Assembly (NCBI GenBank): GCA_021734945.1
Contig: JAIPIA010000002.1
Span: 45,594 to 109,593, forward strand
Source of the DNA: Minisyncoccota bacterium
GTDB taxonomy: Bacteria > Patescibacteriota > Minisyncoccia > Phycocordibacterales > CAIZLB01
Reading direction: 5' to 3'
DNA length: 64,000 nt
A program made the translations under genes and the position numbers. Below are positions 41,443 to 51,369 of this stretch, in pieces. Within the stretch, counting starts at the first letter, position 1. Each line of letters opens with the position of its first letter. Under the pieces are notes generated by a model. It saw only the letters and a program-made list of their open reading frames with translations, searched no databases and had not been told where the DNA came from.

Positions 41443-42138
41443 TCACTGTGGGAGATGTTCAGTGTGGATCGTGATCATTTGAATCATACCAATGAAATCC
41501 ATGTCTTCAGGAGGTGTTGCACCAGCTGCTTGTTCGGCATGATTATCAATTTGTGCCGCAGCCGTCATGCAGCCCAGATAAGACCTGCGTCGATAACCAT
41601 CGAGACCTAAATTTTGAGACACAAAGATGGAATGAGCTTGATACTTCATAATAGTATTCATCTGCACACCGAATGCCCCCAAAGCTCCAAATGGAACTTC
41701 CTTCAATTTTTCACCATACTTTCTTTGTAGCATTCTACGCAAGGCAAAACCGATTGCACCCCAGCCCCAAACAAGTGCACGAAGATTAATTTCCTCGAGA
41801 CTAAAACCAACTGTCGTTGCTACAGTTTCAATAACTGTTGGACGTATCACGAAGTAATGCGTCCAGTTCTGATTACCTAGAGGCTTATTGTCGAAGACTG
41901 CAATCGTGCCACATACAGGGACATAATCGATCGCAGCTCCCCAAGCATGTTCTTGGGAATTAAAGTAAAGAGTATTGCTCCATGCGATACGGATTTGCTG
42001 ACCCGGGAAGATCATATTGAATAGCGTCTCAATGTTCAAAATCACAAACTCCTTGAACCACTCGTGATTCTCGAGTTTGATAGGTTGATACTGCGCGCAA
42101 AGGGACTTGAGCGCCGGACTAAGTTGTTCGGGTTTCAT
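41443..42138 (-). CDS. Hypothetical protein (GC-elevated gene with CA-rich leader)
   Basis: 231-aa ORF. Local GC is visibly higher than in neighbours. No motif recognised. Confidence 0.4.
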   Translation of the reverse strand: MKPEQLSPALKSLCAQYQPIKLENHEWFKEFVILNIETLFNMIFPGQQIRIAWSNTLYFNSQEHAWGAAIDYVPVCGTIAVFDNKPLGNQNWTHYFVIRPTVIETVATTVGFSLEEINLRALVWGWGAIGFALRRMLQRKYGEKLKEVPFGALGAFGVQMNTIMKYQAHSIFVSQNLGLDGYRRRSYLGCMTAAAQIDNHAEQAAGATPPEDMDFIGMIQMITIHTEHLPQ

Positions 42139-42410
42139 AGAGTTTTCAGGTTGTTGGTTGGATTGCGGGTTGTTTTCGGATTTCTCCGTTTTTTGCTGGT
42201 TGTTTGCGGTTGAAATTGGTTTTATGTGGAATATGTAGGAAAAGAGTTGTAAAAGATCATCGCACTCGACGTATACACGGCAAGCTATGTAGATTTTATT
42301 GAAATTTCTCTGCCGAGAAAATACTATGATAATGGGGTTTTGTCAATAGATATGTGCAAATTGTAATGGCGGTTCTTAATAGTATGAATCTCCTAACTCC
42401 ACTAATTAGA

Positions 42411-43172
42411 TTAATTTTTCCACAACATAGAAAATATCTGCCTATAGAAATCTGCCACGGTTTTGTCACGGACAACTATCACCTCCCTCTTCTTATGAAT
42501 GATAGTCTTTGTTAAATCACCACAAATCTCAATCGAAATACGAGGAGAAAAAAGTTGATGTGATATTTTTTGTCTCTTGAATCCATATTTTTTATCATCT
42601 TCAATAAAAGGTGCATCATAAGAATTAGAAGGAGTTAAAAGTTTCATTGTAAATCCCAACTTGTATAGATCACGAAAATGTTCTGGGTATTCACTGCCTA
42701 CTTTGAGGTCTTTGCTTACAGCCGCATAAAAAGCCACAATTTCTTTATCCTTCTCAATACTTCGAAGTCCGTAAGAAAGCCCTTGAGCTAAAGCCCCTTT
42801 ACCTTTAAATACAATAGTATCCGTGTCTGGATGAGAAAGCTTTGGAAGTAAAGTAAGAAGATTTCTCATATTTTCGTTACTCTTACTTTGAAACTCCTGA
42901 ATAAATTCATGAGGATCTTTTGCAACAAAAACTTGCTTCTTCGCATGAGGAACAACAAGAACAAGTCCTCTTTTTCGTAGCTCTTCCATAATTACATAAA
43001 CTGTTGGACGTTTCACTCCAGATTCCTTTGCAATTTGATATGAAGTTGCCTCACCCAATTTATAAAGGGCAATATAAATGGATGCCTCTTTTTCATTGAG
43101 ACCTAAAGCAACAAGGCTTTGAGTTAGTTTATTCATTACTCCACATACTACTTTCTTTATATAAATAGTCAA
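42411..43172 (-). CDS. TrmB-family transcriptional regulator (possible alternative start at 43133)
   Basis: N-terminal winged HTH LGLNEKEASIYIALYKLGEATSYQIAKESGVKRPTVYVIMEELRKRGLV. Divergent from the downstream + strand operon. Confidence 0.7.
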   Translation of the reverse strand: MTIYIKKVVCGVMNKLTQSLVALGLNEKEASIYIALYKLGEATSYQIAKESGVKRPTVYVIMEELRKRGLVLVVPHAKKQVFVAKDPHEFIQEFQSKSNENMRNLLTLLPKLSHPDTDTIVFKGKGALAQGLSYGLRSIEKDKEIVAFYAAVSKDLKVGSEYPEHFRDLYKLGFTMKLLTPSNSYDAPFIEDDKKYGFKRQKISHQLFSPRISIEICGDLTKTIIHKKREVIVVRDKTVADFYRQIFSMLWKN

Positions 43173-43265
43173 TATTTATGACTACTTTTTATAATTTTCA
43201 ACCGTCCTTACATTGCAAGCTTTTATAGAATCTGCACTGAATATGCAAGACGAAAAGTACCTTAC

Positions 43266-43931
43266 GTGTTTTTATTGAATCAGAAAAGTACATTAACAAC
43301 GAAACCAAATACTATGACTAACCTACTTGAAAAACTCACTAAGGAGAATATCAGAGATCTTCTTGATCCAAAATTAGGAGCAATCACAGTGCCTATTAAC
43401 GCAGATTGCTTCGTTGAGATTCAGAAAGCATTTACAAAGTTCAATCAACAATTCACAAAAGCTGCATCAAATCCACCCAAGACACTAGTTTCGAACTACA
43501 GCTTTGCCTGCTTAGATATAACAAGACAAGACAGTGTAGCAAAATGCTTTATAGATTTCGCTAAGCAGTTAGCGAGTGAACTCAACGATGAAATTAATCG
43601 TCACTTCAATTTGTCAGAACAAATCGAGTTTGATGATTTATATTTTACGCGTTATGACGTATCTGAAATGGGCGTCGGCCCGCACAGAGACGTAAACTGT
43701 AAAAATTTTGTAGTCGTATTAGTCCTTGAGGGATCAGCACCATTTTATGTCTGTGAGGATAAAGAAATAGCTGGGAAAAAAAGTGTTTCGGCAAAGTTGG
43801 GCCAAATAATGATTATGAGAGCTCGAAACTTTCTCGATCTACCAGCTCCCCTACACTATGTTGGCGCAATTAAAAGTTCACCAATGTTGCAGTTTGGAAT
43901 GAGGCAATACATCAACAAACCAAATCACTAA
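43266..43931 (+). CDS. Putative 2OG-Fe(II) oxygenase-like (DSBH) protein, paralog 1
   Basis: HxD ... H triad (PHRD ... LHYVG) and RQ about 15 aa after the distal His. Paralogous to the next gene. Confidence 0.45.
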   Translation: MFLLNQKSTLTTKPNTMTNLLEKLTKENIRDLLDPKLGAITVPINADCFVEIQKAFTKFNQQFTKAASNPPKTLVSNYSFACLDITRQDSVAKCFIDFAKQLASELNDEINRHFNLSEQIEFDDLYFTRYDVSEMGVGPHRDVNCKNFVVVLVLEGSAPFYVCEDKEIAGKKSVSAKLGQIMIMRARNFLDLPAPLHYVGAIKSSPMLQFGMRQYINKPNH

Positions 43932-43946
43932 AGAGGAAACAAAATT

Positions 43947-44645
43947 ATGGAAGAACATATATCAAAATTAAGATTTGATCTGACAGCCAGCAACGTCGAA
44001 GAGTTACTCAATCCGAATCAAGGAGTGACTGTTATAAAGCCGCAAGGCGATATTGCAAAACTTTTGGAAGAACTAAGAAAACAAGCTCCAACTTTCAATT
44101 TTGTAAACTCACTTGCTGTCACAACAACAAACGTCAAACAGAACTTCAAGGCATTTGGAGACTTTCAAGATGGTGACATCTGGACTCAACTTGGGAAAGT
44201 AGTATCCGGTACACTACGAGACGGGTTTGAAAAATTAGGATACGCAGATGTGTTTCAGCAACCGTTAGCACTCGATGACCTAACACTTCAATACTATCCT
44301 CAAAGTAAACCTGAAGATTTGTTTGCATTGTCGCCCCACAGAGATCAGAGTGGTTTTATCAATCTAGTAGTAGTTTTCTTGGTTTATGGTCCGTCTGCTT
44401 TCTTTATTTGCAAAGACAGAGAGGGTACGACACCTATTGAGCCACAAGAAATTCAATCAAATCCTGGGGATATAGTGGTGATGCGTGCAGGAGGATTCAA
44501 TAAAGATACTTCTCTTCGACCGTGTCACTTTGTTGGTAGAGTTGAAAATTCGGAAGGACGACTAACTCTGGCGCTTCGGCAAATAACAGACGACAAGACA
44601 AAATTGCAAAAACTCGAATGCTTCTTTGATCAAAAGTTCGCTTAG
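43947..44645 (+). CDS. Putative 2OG-Fe(II) oxygenase-like (DSBH) protein, paralog 2
   Basis: PHRD ... CHFVG ... RQ with the same spacing as paralog 1. Conserved blocks (VVV.LV.G..F..C.D.E, G.I..MRA..F). Confidence 0.45.
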   Translation: MEEHISKLRFDLTASNVEELLNPNQGVTVIKPQGDIAKLLEELRKQAPTFNFVNSLAVTTTNVKQNFKAFGDFQDGDIWTQLGKVVSGTLRDGFEKLGYADVFQQPLALDDLTLQYYPQSKPEDLFALSPHRDQSGFINLVVVFLVYGPSAFFICKDREGTTPIEPQEIQSNPGDIVVMRAGGFNKDTSLRPCHFVGRVENSEGRLTLALRQITDDKTKLQKLECFFDQKFA

Positions 44646-44684
44646 CAAAAGTTCGCTCGCGGATAGTATGTTAAAGGCTAGTTA

Positions 44685-44722
44685 GGAAGAGGTGTTACTA
44701 GCAACAGCACCTCTTCTTTTCA
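44685..44722 (+). terminator. Rho-independent terminator (GAAGAGGTG ... CACCTCTTC plus T4)
   Basis: Perfect 9-bp inverted repeat followed by TTTT, between paralog 2 and folE. Confidence 0.7.
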
Positions 44723-44748
44723 TATTATTAATTTATAAGACCCACACT

Positions 44749-45378
44749 ATGAATACAAGAAATAAAAACATAAAACCGTCTAAATTTGTATTACCTAAAA
44801 AAAATAATGTATCTTCTTATGAATATGAGTTATCAGGAAATATAAGAAACATAATCCAACATTTAGGTGAAGATGCTAATCGTGAGGGTCTTGTAAAAAC
44901 TCCTGAACGATATGCAAAAGCCTTACTCTATCTAACCTCGGGATATAGAAATGAAAAATCAGTACTGGAAGATTGTGCAAATGCAATCTTTGATGAAAAA
45001 GTAACGTCAGTTGTAGCTGTAAATAATATTGAATTTCATAGTTTGTGTGAACATCATTTACTCCCCTTCTATGGACACGTCAGCATCGCCTTTCTACCAG
45101 ATAAAAACGGTAAAATTTTAGGTCTAAGTAAATTTGCTCGACTTGTAGATGTATATAGTCGCCGACTACAGGTTCAAGAGCGCCTGATACAAGACATCAT
45201 GAGTGCCACCTGGAAATTACTCAAACCACAAGGTATTGCGATTCGTATTGAGGCACAGCACATGTGCATGATGATACGAGGTGTCGAAAAACAATTTTCA
45301 AAAACTGCAACGTACTCGTATAGAGGTCAATCAAAATTCGAACAAACAATCAAAGGAGAATTAAAGTATGAAAAATAA
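44749..45378 (+). CDS. folE: GTP cyclohydrolase I
   Basis: LVKTPERYAKALLYLTSGY, CEHHLLPF, QVQERLIQDI motifs. Start chosen at the ATG after the terminator hairpin (the longer 44692 ORF would include the terminator). Confidence 0.85.
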   Translation: MNTRNKNIKPSKFVLPKKNNVSSYEYELSGNIRNIIQHLGEDANREGLVKTPERYAKALLYLTSGYRNEKSVLEDCANAIFDEKVTSVVAVNNIEFHSLCEHHLLPFYGHVSIAFLPDKNGKILGLSKFARLVDVYSRRLQVQERLIQDIMSATWKLLKPQGIAIRIEAQHMCMMIRGVEKQFSKTATYSYRGQSKFEQTIKGELKYEK

Positions 45379-46177
45379 AATGCCAAAAATTGTCGGGGTG
45401 CTCAATATTTCACCTGAAAGCGCTAATAATAAAGCTATAACGACTGAAGACATCATTGAGCGAATGAGAAATATGGTTAATCATGGTGCTGATGTCATTG
45501 ATGTCGGCGCCCAATCAAGTCGCCCAGGAGTAGATCAGATTTCTCTAGAAGAAGAAACTAGTCGATTAAAAGGAGTGGTCTTGAAAATTAAAAAAGAGTT
45601 TCCTTTTGTTCAAATATCAATCGACACGACGAGACATGAAATAGTCCAGCTAGCTTTGGATGAAGGTGTAACAATCGTAAATGATATTTCAGGCGGAAGA
45701 TTCGATGAACACATTCTTGAAAAAGTTACTCAATGCAATGCACAATATGTTTTAATGCATTCTCAGGGTTTATTTTCTGAAATGCACAAAAAATATGAAT
45801 ACGTCGATGTAGTAACTGAAATCACAAATTATTTCAGCCAGCGGATTAAGGTTTGTCTTGAAGCTGGTATAAAAAACGATAATATAATTCTTGATCCAGG
45901 AATCGGCTTCTCTAAATCAGGGGACCAGAATCTAGATATAATAAGAAGGCTTAGTGAATTTAAAGAACTTGGTTTTCCTCTCTACATTGGACTATCTCGC
46001 AAGAGATTCATTGGTACAATAATTGGTGACGCCTCCAGTGATCCAAGCGCTCGTGATAATGCAACTACTGTATTCCATACGCTTTGTATCCAGCAAGGCG
46101 TCGACTACATACGTACTCACAATGTTAAGACACTAAAAGAATGCACTCAAGTACTTGAATCTATACAGCAAAGCTAG
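45368..46177 (+). CDS. folP: Dihydropteroate synthase
   Basis: Pterin-binding fold with ISIDTT, NDISGG, ILDPGIGFSK, GLSRKRFIG motifs. Overlaps the folE stop by 11 bp. Confidence 0.85.
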   Translation: MKNKMPKIVGVLNISPESANNKAITTEDIIERMRNMVNHGADVIDVGAQSSRPGVDQISLEEETSRLKGVVLKIKKEFPFVQISIDTTRHEIVQLALDEGVTIVNDISGGRFDEHILEKVTQCNAQYVLMHSQGLFSEMHKKYEYVDVVTEITNYFSQRIKVCLEAGIKNDNIILDPGIGFSKSGDQNLDIIRRLSEFKELGFPLYIGLSRKRFIGTIIGDASSDPSARDNATTVFHTLCIQQGVDYIRTHNVKTLKECTQVLESIQQS

Positions 46178-46203
46178 ACTAGTTGAACTGATCATTTGCA
46201 ACC

Positions 46204-46242
46204 AAAAACCTACCCACAGAGTAATCTGTTGGTAGGTTTTAT
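46204..46242. terminator. Bidirectional hairpin terminator (AACCTACCCACAG ... CTGTTGGTAGGTT)
   Basis: 12-bp stem with one mismatch, A5 upstream and T4 downstream. Confidence 0.65.
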
Positions 46243-46270
46243 TCCTTTAGTATTTAGCTACAATCCTGAA

Positions 46271-46723
46271 CTAAACAAACAAACTAGTTACAAACCCAAC
46301 CAAAACAAGAATCACGAGATTTGAAAGTATGTCTGAAAAGAATTTCTTCCAAGCGAGCTTACTGTCACAGTCACTACTCCAAAGTATTGCTGAACCAATA
46401 ATAGGCACCATAAAACAAAACCAATTGAGAACTATAAACCAAATAGCTGTTCCAAAAGGTACACCGTTCTCAGCGCTGAGTGTGATTATAAAGACTACGG
46501 CAAAAGCCGTAAGAAAAGAAAGTATCATTTGACCTAAGTACATTTTCCACATTTTTGGTTTTGCTTCCAGCATTTTTTTCTGCTGTTCTTCAGGTGATAA
46601 TTTATCAAAACCTAGTGCCTGCATATGTATCTTTCCCATTGGAGTCATTGGTGAATACCAGAACGTACCAACTACAGCCGCTATTACTGCACCAAGTATT
46701 GAAAGTAAAATTATTGTTGTCAT
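46271..46723 (-). CDS. Small membrane protein (possibly DUF1761-like)
   Basis: 150 aa with 4 TM helices. The family guess is weak. Confidence 0.4.
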   Translation of the reverse strand: MTTIILLSILGAVIAAVVGTFWYSPMTPMGKIHMQALGFDKLSPEEQQKKMLEAKPKMWKMYLGQMILSFLTAFAVVFIITLSAENGVPFGTAIWFIVLNWFCFMVPIIGSAILWSSDCDSKLAWKKFFSDILSNLVILVLVGFVTSLFV

Positions 46724-46794
46724 GTTTGTATTTTTATTTTAGCTAATTATATTAATTAGATCTTTCCAATATTATATCACGATAAAGCCCCACC

Positions 46795-49287
46795 TTAACT
46801 CCTCTTTGCAAGATAATTACTATAAAAATATTTTTTAGCAATTTCTACAACTACGAGATACACACCTACAATTCCCGCAATACATACCAAGTACTTGAAT
46901 GGGATAGTTGTAAATCCAAAGATATTTCCAACAGCAGTTAGTGCTATATACCACGCAACAACTACAGCCCCGACTGATGCGAGAGTTACAAGAGGATGTG
47001 CCCATTTAGCACTGAAAATACTTCTCTGAGTTCTTATAATAAAGATAACGAGAGTTTGTGTTGCAAATGATTCAATAAACCAACCTGTTTGGAATGAACT
47101 TCCTGTAAGAGAAAATATCTTATACAACACAAAGAATGTGAGAAAGTCGAATACTGAACTTATACTTCCAAATACAATCATAAACTTTTTAATAAACCCA
47201 AGATCCCACGGCTTTGGCTTATTCAAAATTTCTTCATCTACATTATCGAACGTGAGTGCAAACTGAGAACTTTCATAGAGTAAGTTATTGAGAAGAAGCT
47301 GTACTGGTAACATTGGTAAGAATGGTAAGAACATAGAAGCACCAGTCATTGAAAACATATTTCCAAAGTTTGAGCTGATTGCCATATTTATATACTTTGT
47401 TGTATTAGCAAATGTCCGACGACCCTCTACTACCCCATCGATAAGTTGCTTGAGACTTTTATTTACAAGAATGATATCTGCCGCTTCCTTCGCTACATCT
47501 ATAGCATTACTCACAGAGATACCTACATCAGCAGTTCGTAGTGACGGTGCATCGTTGATACCATCACCCATATACCCCACAACGTGACTACGTGATTTGA
47601 GCGCTTCAATAATTCTATTTTTCTGCGCTGGAGTTACTCGTGCAAAAATATTTGTTTCCTCTGCTTTATGTGCAAGCTCTTCATCACTCAACGCGTCTAT
47701 CTCTGCACTTTCCAACATTTTTATAGAAGTGAAACCTACTTCCGTCGCAACCTTCTCAGCAATTATTCCATGATCACCCGTTACGATTTTTATAGTAATA
47801 CCACGTCGAACAAGTTCATCGAGCACCTCCTTTACATCTTGTTTAGGCGGATCGATAAAAGCAATAAAACCTCGAAACTCGAGATTCTTCTCATCAACGG
47901 GAGTATATCTATCTTTGTTTTCAGTCATCTCTCGCGATGCCACAGCCAACACTCGATATCCTGACTCGGCGAGTTCGGTAAACAAAGCCATAGCTTTTAT
48001 TTTTTGTTCAACAGTTAAAGTTGTCACTTCCAACATTTGCTCAGGAGCACCTTTTGAAATGAGGATATGTTTTGGTTCGTTGGTTAGGCCAGCGTCTGTA
48101 TCTTTATTTGCGTCAGCATCGTCCGTAAACTCTGCCACAATACTATTTCGTCGTCGCTCAAAGTCAAAAGGAATCTCATCAAATTTTTTAAAATTTTCAT
48201 CCTGTAAATTTCGATACTCTACTATTGCTTCATCAAGAGGACTCTTTGTACCAGTATGATAATAACTTGTGAGATATGCTAATTTAAAAACCTCATCAGA
48301 TTCTATATTGTTGAGGTCGACACATCGTACAAGCGCGATTCTATCTTCCGTTAATGTGCCAGTTTTATCAGTACAAAGTATATCCATACTTCCAAATGAT
48401 TCGATAGCAGAAAGTTTTTTTACAATAACTCCCATCTTTGCCATTTTAATAGACGCTTTGGAAACATTGAGTGCAATAATCATTGGTAACAACTCTGGTG
48501 TAAGTCCTACTGCAAGCGCCAAAGAAAATACAAGTGATTCTAGGATGTCATGTTTCAATAATGCATTTACAAGAAATACGAAAACTGTCATCACGATCAC
48601 TACTCGAGTAATCAAAATACTAAAATCTTTTATTCCTCTTTCAAATTCATTTGGTTGTTCTTTTTTGGCGAGCAGTGCTACAATATCAAAAAATTTTGTT
48701 CGAACTCCAGTGTTCACGACCTCAATAGTCGCACTACCTGTTACTACCCCACTACCGAGGTATACCTCTGCTGCATCTATTTTCTCAACTGGAAAAGATT
48801 CTCCAGTAAGCGAAGATTCATTCACAAAGAAATCACTTGAAGCGAGGACCTTGCCATCGGCTGGTACTATGTTTCCCGCTTCTAATCTCACGATATCCCC
48901 TGGCACAATATATTCAACAGCCATAGCAATTTCTTTTCCATCGCGAATCACTATTGCTTTTGGTTGAATTTGAAGAGCAAGCTTCTCTGCTGACTTTTGA
49001 GATTTATATGAAACAACAAAGTTAATTATTGAACTAATAATTATGATTGCAATTATCAAAACAGAACTTACATATGAACCAGAAAAAAATGAAATAGCAG
49101 AGGCGCACAGGAGCATTATCACCAGTGGGTTTTTGAACTCTTCGAAAAAGGTTGATACTGCTGACTGTCGCCGCATTTCTACAAATGTATTGAGACCATA
49201 AGCGGCCTGACGCTTTTCAGCTTCTATAGTTGTGAGACCGTTTGATATAAGACCATTTACCGCATATACGGTTGGACTGTTTTTCAT
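46795..49287 (-). CDS. mgtA: Mg2+-importing P-type ATPase (MgtA-like, P3B)
   Basis: NESSLTGESFPVEK, CTDKTGTLTEDRI, MGDGINDAPSLRTADVGISV. About 830 aa with 10 TM. N-terminus resembles MgtA. Confidence 0.8.
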   Translation of the reverse strand: MKNSPTVYAVNGLISNGLTTIEAEKRQAAYGLNTFVEMRRQSAVSTFFEEFKNPLVIMLLCASAISFFSGSYVSSVLIIAIIIISSIINFVVSYKSQKSAEKLALQIQPKAIVIRDGKEIAMAVEYIVPGDIVRLEAGNIVPADGKVLASSDFFVNESSLTGESFPVEKIDAAEVYLGSGVVTGSATIEVVNTGVRTKFFDIVALLAKKEQPNEFERGIKDFSILITRVVIVMTVFVFLVNALLKHDILESLVFSLALAVGLTPELLPMIIALNVSKASIKMAKMGVIVKKLSAIESFGSMDILCTDKTGTLTEDRIALVRCVDLNNIESDEVFKLAYLTSYYHTGTKSPLDEAIVEYRNLQDENFKKFDEIPFDFERRRNSIVAEFTDDADANKDTDAGLTNEPKHILISKGAPEQMLEVTTLTVEQKIKAMALFTELAESGYRVLAVASREMTENKDRYTPVDEKNLEFRGFIAFIDPPKQDVKEVLDELVRRGITIKIVTGDHGIIAEKVATEVGFTSIKMLESAEIDALSDEELAHKAEETNIFARVTPAQKNRIIEALKSRSHVVGYMGDGINDAPSLRTADVGISVSNAIDVAKEAADIILVNKSLKQLIDGVVEGRRTFANTTKYINMAISSNFGNMFSMTGASMFLPFLPMLPVQLLLNNLLYESSQFALTFDNVDEEILNKPKPWDLGFIKKFMIVFGSISSVFDFLTFFVLYKIFSLTGSSFQTGWFIESFATQTLVIFIIRTQRSIFSAKWAHPLVTLASVGAVVVAWYIALTAVGNIFGFTTIPFKYLVCIAGIVGVYLVVVEIAKKYFYSNYLAKRS

Positions 49288-49329
49288 TTACTGTATTATA
49301 GCTATTTTTGTGTAAACAACATACTTATC

Positions 49330-49368
49330 TAAAAAGCAGAAGAGGTGACCTTGTAAGGGCCACCTCCG
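49330..49368 (-). terminator. Hairpin terminator (GAGGTGACC ... GGCCACCTC) with T-run on the minus strand
   Basis: 8-9 bp stem. A5 on + is T5 on the minus strand. Confidence 0.55.
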
Positions 49369-49425
49369 TGGAAAACGTTCTTTGTAGAGACAAGACTCAT
49401 CTCCGATGTTCATAGTGCACATAGA

Positions 49426-49924
49426 TCAAATCTTGATTATCGAGAACTTGCACCTATTTTTATGGAGGAATTCGACGACCCATTCCAAAAAGAATTGTGA
49501 CAAGCCGGAGCCACGGTTGATGACATTCATCATCACAGGTTCTCCAATGATGCGGATTTCATTTTGACCCTCCACAGGGCTGAATCGAAGACACATAGTG
49601 TCAGCATTCACAAATTTCATCTCCTCAGTGACTTTGATGCCAAAGAAATCAATGTCGACCCAGAGCCTTGGGTTTCCATCAATCTGAATAAGTTCAAGCT
49701 TATCCAAGTCTCGGATCTGTTCGGCAAGTTGTTCTCCGCGTGATACGAAGAAGACTATCGTGCACTCACTGACAACTTTCTCGGCATTCACTACTTCCAA
49801 CCCTGATTCCTCTTCTCTACACCCCCCCTTCCATAAGGATGCAGTGTTGCTCGTCCTTTGCAAGAAGAGCATACAAAGAGCATGCAAACTCGCCTTTTCC
49901 CACAATTCCTATCTTTATGTTCAT
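49426..49924 (-). CDS. Hypothetical protein with a Rossmann-like N-terminus, interrupted by a frameshift at a G7/C7 homopolymer (49822-49828)
   Basis: The ATG at 49924 gives MNIKIGIVGKGEFACSLYALLAKDEQHCILMEGG and then stops just after the homopolymer. The long ORF 49426..49905 continues in the adjacent frame. Removing one G restores a single ORF of about 166 aa. Confidence 0.4.
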
Positions 49925-50015
49925 TGAGATTTTTCCTTTCTCGGTTGTTCAATTGTGTATCTGTCTTATACTATCTTCTGGTAAAATACATCACAATTTG
50001 AGGTTGGTCAATTGG

Positions 50016-50456
50016 TTACTTTGAAGCAAAATACTCCTCTATTCTCCTCACTCCATCTTTATCTTTTTTTCTTGGTGAATATAAAAGAAATGCCAACAAG
50101 TCCTCTAAACGCAAGAATGGAATTCCATCAAAAAATTCAGCTCTCTTTATGAGCTCGGTGGTATCTGGTTGAAACGCACCCCAATGAAGATTTGTAAATG
50201 CCTCATTTGATCCATTTGTAATTGCCTTACAGAAAAAAGTTCTCCAAAAAATCCACTTCCTCTTCCAGCCCTGTTTCTTCAATTCTAAGTACAAATCTGG
50301 CGTAACTAAGACATCGACATCTTTTGCTTTTCGGATGCCGTGAATTTCCAAAACCCCACTACCAAACACACAATATTTTCCTACAGGTAGATTAAGTACT
50401 TTTACTCGAGAAACTATGTCCATGGAGAAAGTATAGCAGTTTTGGAAATGCACCAC
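50016..50456 (-). CDS. Pol-beta-superfamily nucleotidyltransferase (ANT/Lnu-like)
   Basis: FGSGVLEIHGIRKAKDVDVLV = GS ... DxD nucleotidyltransferase motif. 146 aa. Confidence 0.5.
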   Translation of the reverse strand: MVHFQNCYTFSMDIVSRVKVLNLPVGKYCVFGSGVLEIHGIRKAKDVDVLVTPDLYLELKKQGWKRKWIFWRTFFCKAITNGSNEAFTNLHWGAFQPDTTELIKRAEFFDGIPFLRLEDLLAFLLYSPRKKDKDGVRRIEEYFASK

Positions 50457-50500
50457 TAATAATATTAAACATAAGCACAGATGAGATATTTTCCACTAAA

Positions 50501-51226
50501 CTATTCAGCTCTGACGTATACTTCAGCCTCTTTTGAAATGATCGTCTCAAGAATCCTCTTTGCTACAATTTCAGCGGAATCAGTTGGTGGTAATTCTGCA
50601 AAAAATGCTGCCATAACTTTTTTTGTTTCATCATCAGCTATGAGATTAGATCCAAAATTTGTATCTGTAAGATCAGGGTGCACCAAACTTACTAAAATAT
50701 TATCTTTCTTTAATTCTTCTCGCGCAGTTAGCGAAATGCAATTGAGTGCATATTTTGTAGATGCGTAGGCTGACATATATGGAATTATTTCTTTTGAAGC
50801 AACCGAACTAATATTGATAATTTGTCCGCCACCTCGTGATCTCATAACAGGAATTACTTCTTGCATCGCAGCAAGTGTACCTACAACATTAAGGTCAATT
50901 ATCTTTCTAAAATCTGCTATGTCGATAGTCTCAACTGATGCATTAAGACCTTGCGCAGCATTATTTATTAAGATATCAATTCTTCCAAACTTACTGACAA
51001 CTTCTTGAATCATTTTCTTAATTGCAACAATGTCTCTCATGTCTGCAGTTATAGGAAATGAATTAGGTATTTTTGCAGACGCGTCATTTAAGTCTTTTTC
51101 AGTTCGTGCTACCAGAACTACTATTGCACCTTCCTTTGAAAGTAAATGAGAAGTAGCTAAGCCAATACCCTGTGTTGCTCCTGTAACAATTATTACTTTG
51201 TTTTGTAGTGTATTTTGATTATTCAT
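50501..51226 (-). CDS. SDR-family oxidoreductase
   Basis: TGATQGIG, NNAA, S...YxxxK. Confidence 0.85.
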   Translation of the reverse strand: MNNQNTLQNKVIIVTGATQGIGLATSHLLSKEGAIVVLVARTEKDLNDASAKIPNSFPITADMRDIVAIKKMIQEVVSKFGRIDILINNAAQGLNASVETIDIADFRKIIDLNVVGTLAAMQEVIPVMRSRGGGQIINISSVASKEIIPYMSAYASTKYALNCISLTAREELKKDNILVSLVHPDLTDTNFGSNLIADDETKKVMAAFFAELPPTDSAEIVAKRILETIISKEAEVYVRAE

Positions 51227-51369
51227 GAGTATTTAAAAGTTTAGAAATTGTTACTAATATGACTATTAGATTACATATTAGCTTAACAGAAATCGTCTTC
51301 ATAAATGCAGTATGTCTGTGGATAGTCTTAGGACTTGCCCAACATATAAGCATATGCTAATATGTAAGC

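Noticed and set aside
44692-44748. Longer start for folE (MLLATAPLLFILLIYKTHT...)
   Set aside because: The extension would be translated through the perfect terminator hairpin GAAGAGGTG ... CACCTCTTC. Start placed at the ATG at 44749.
47288-48967. + strand ORFs (up to 232 aa) antisense to mgtA
   Set aside because: Ser/Thr/Ile-rich low-complexity translations of the antisense strand of a strongly supported gene.
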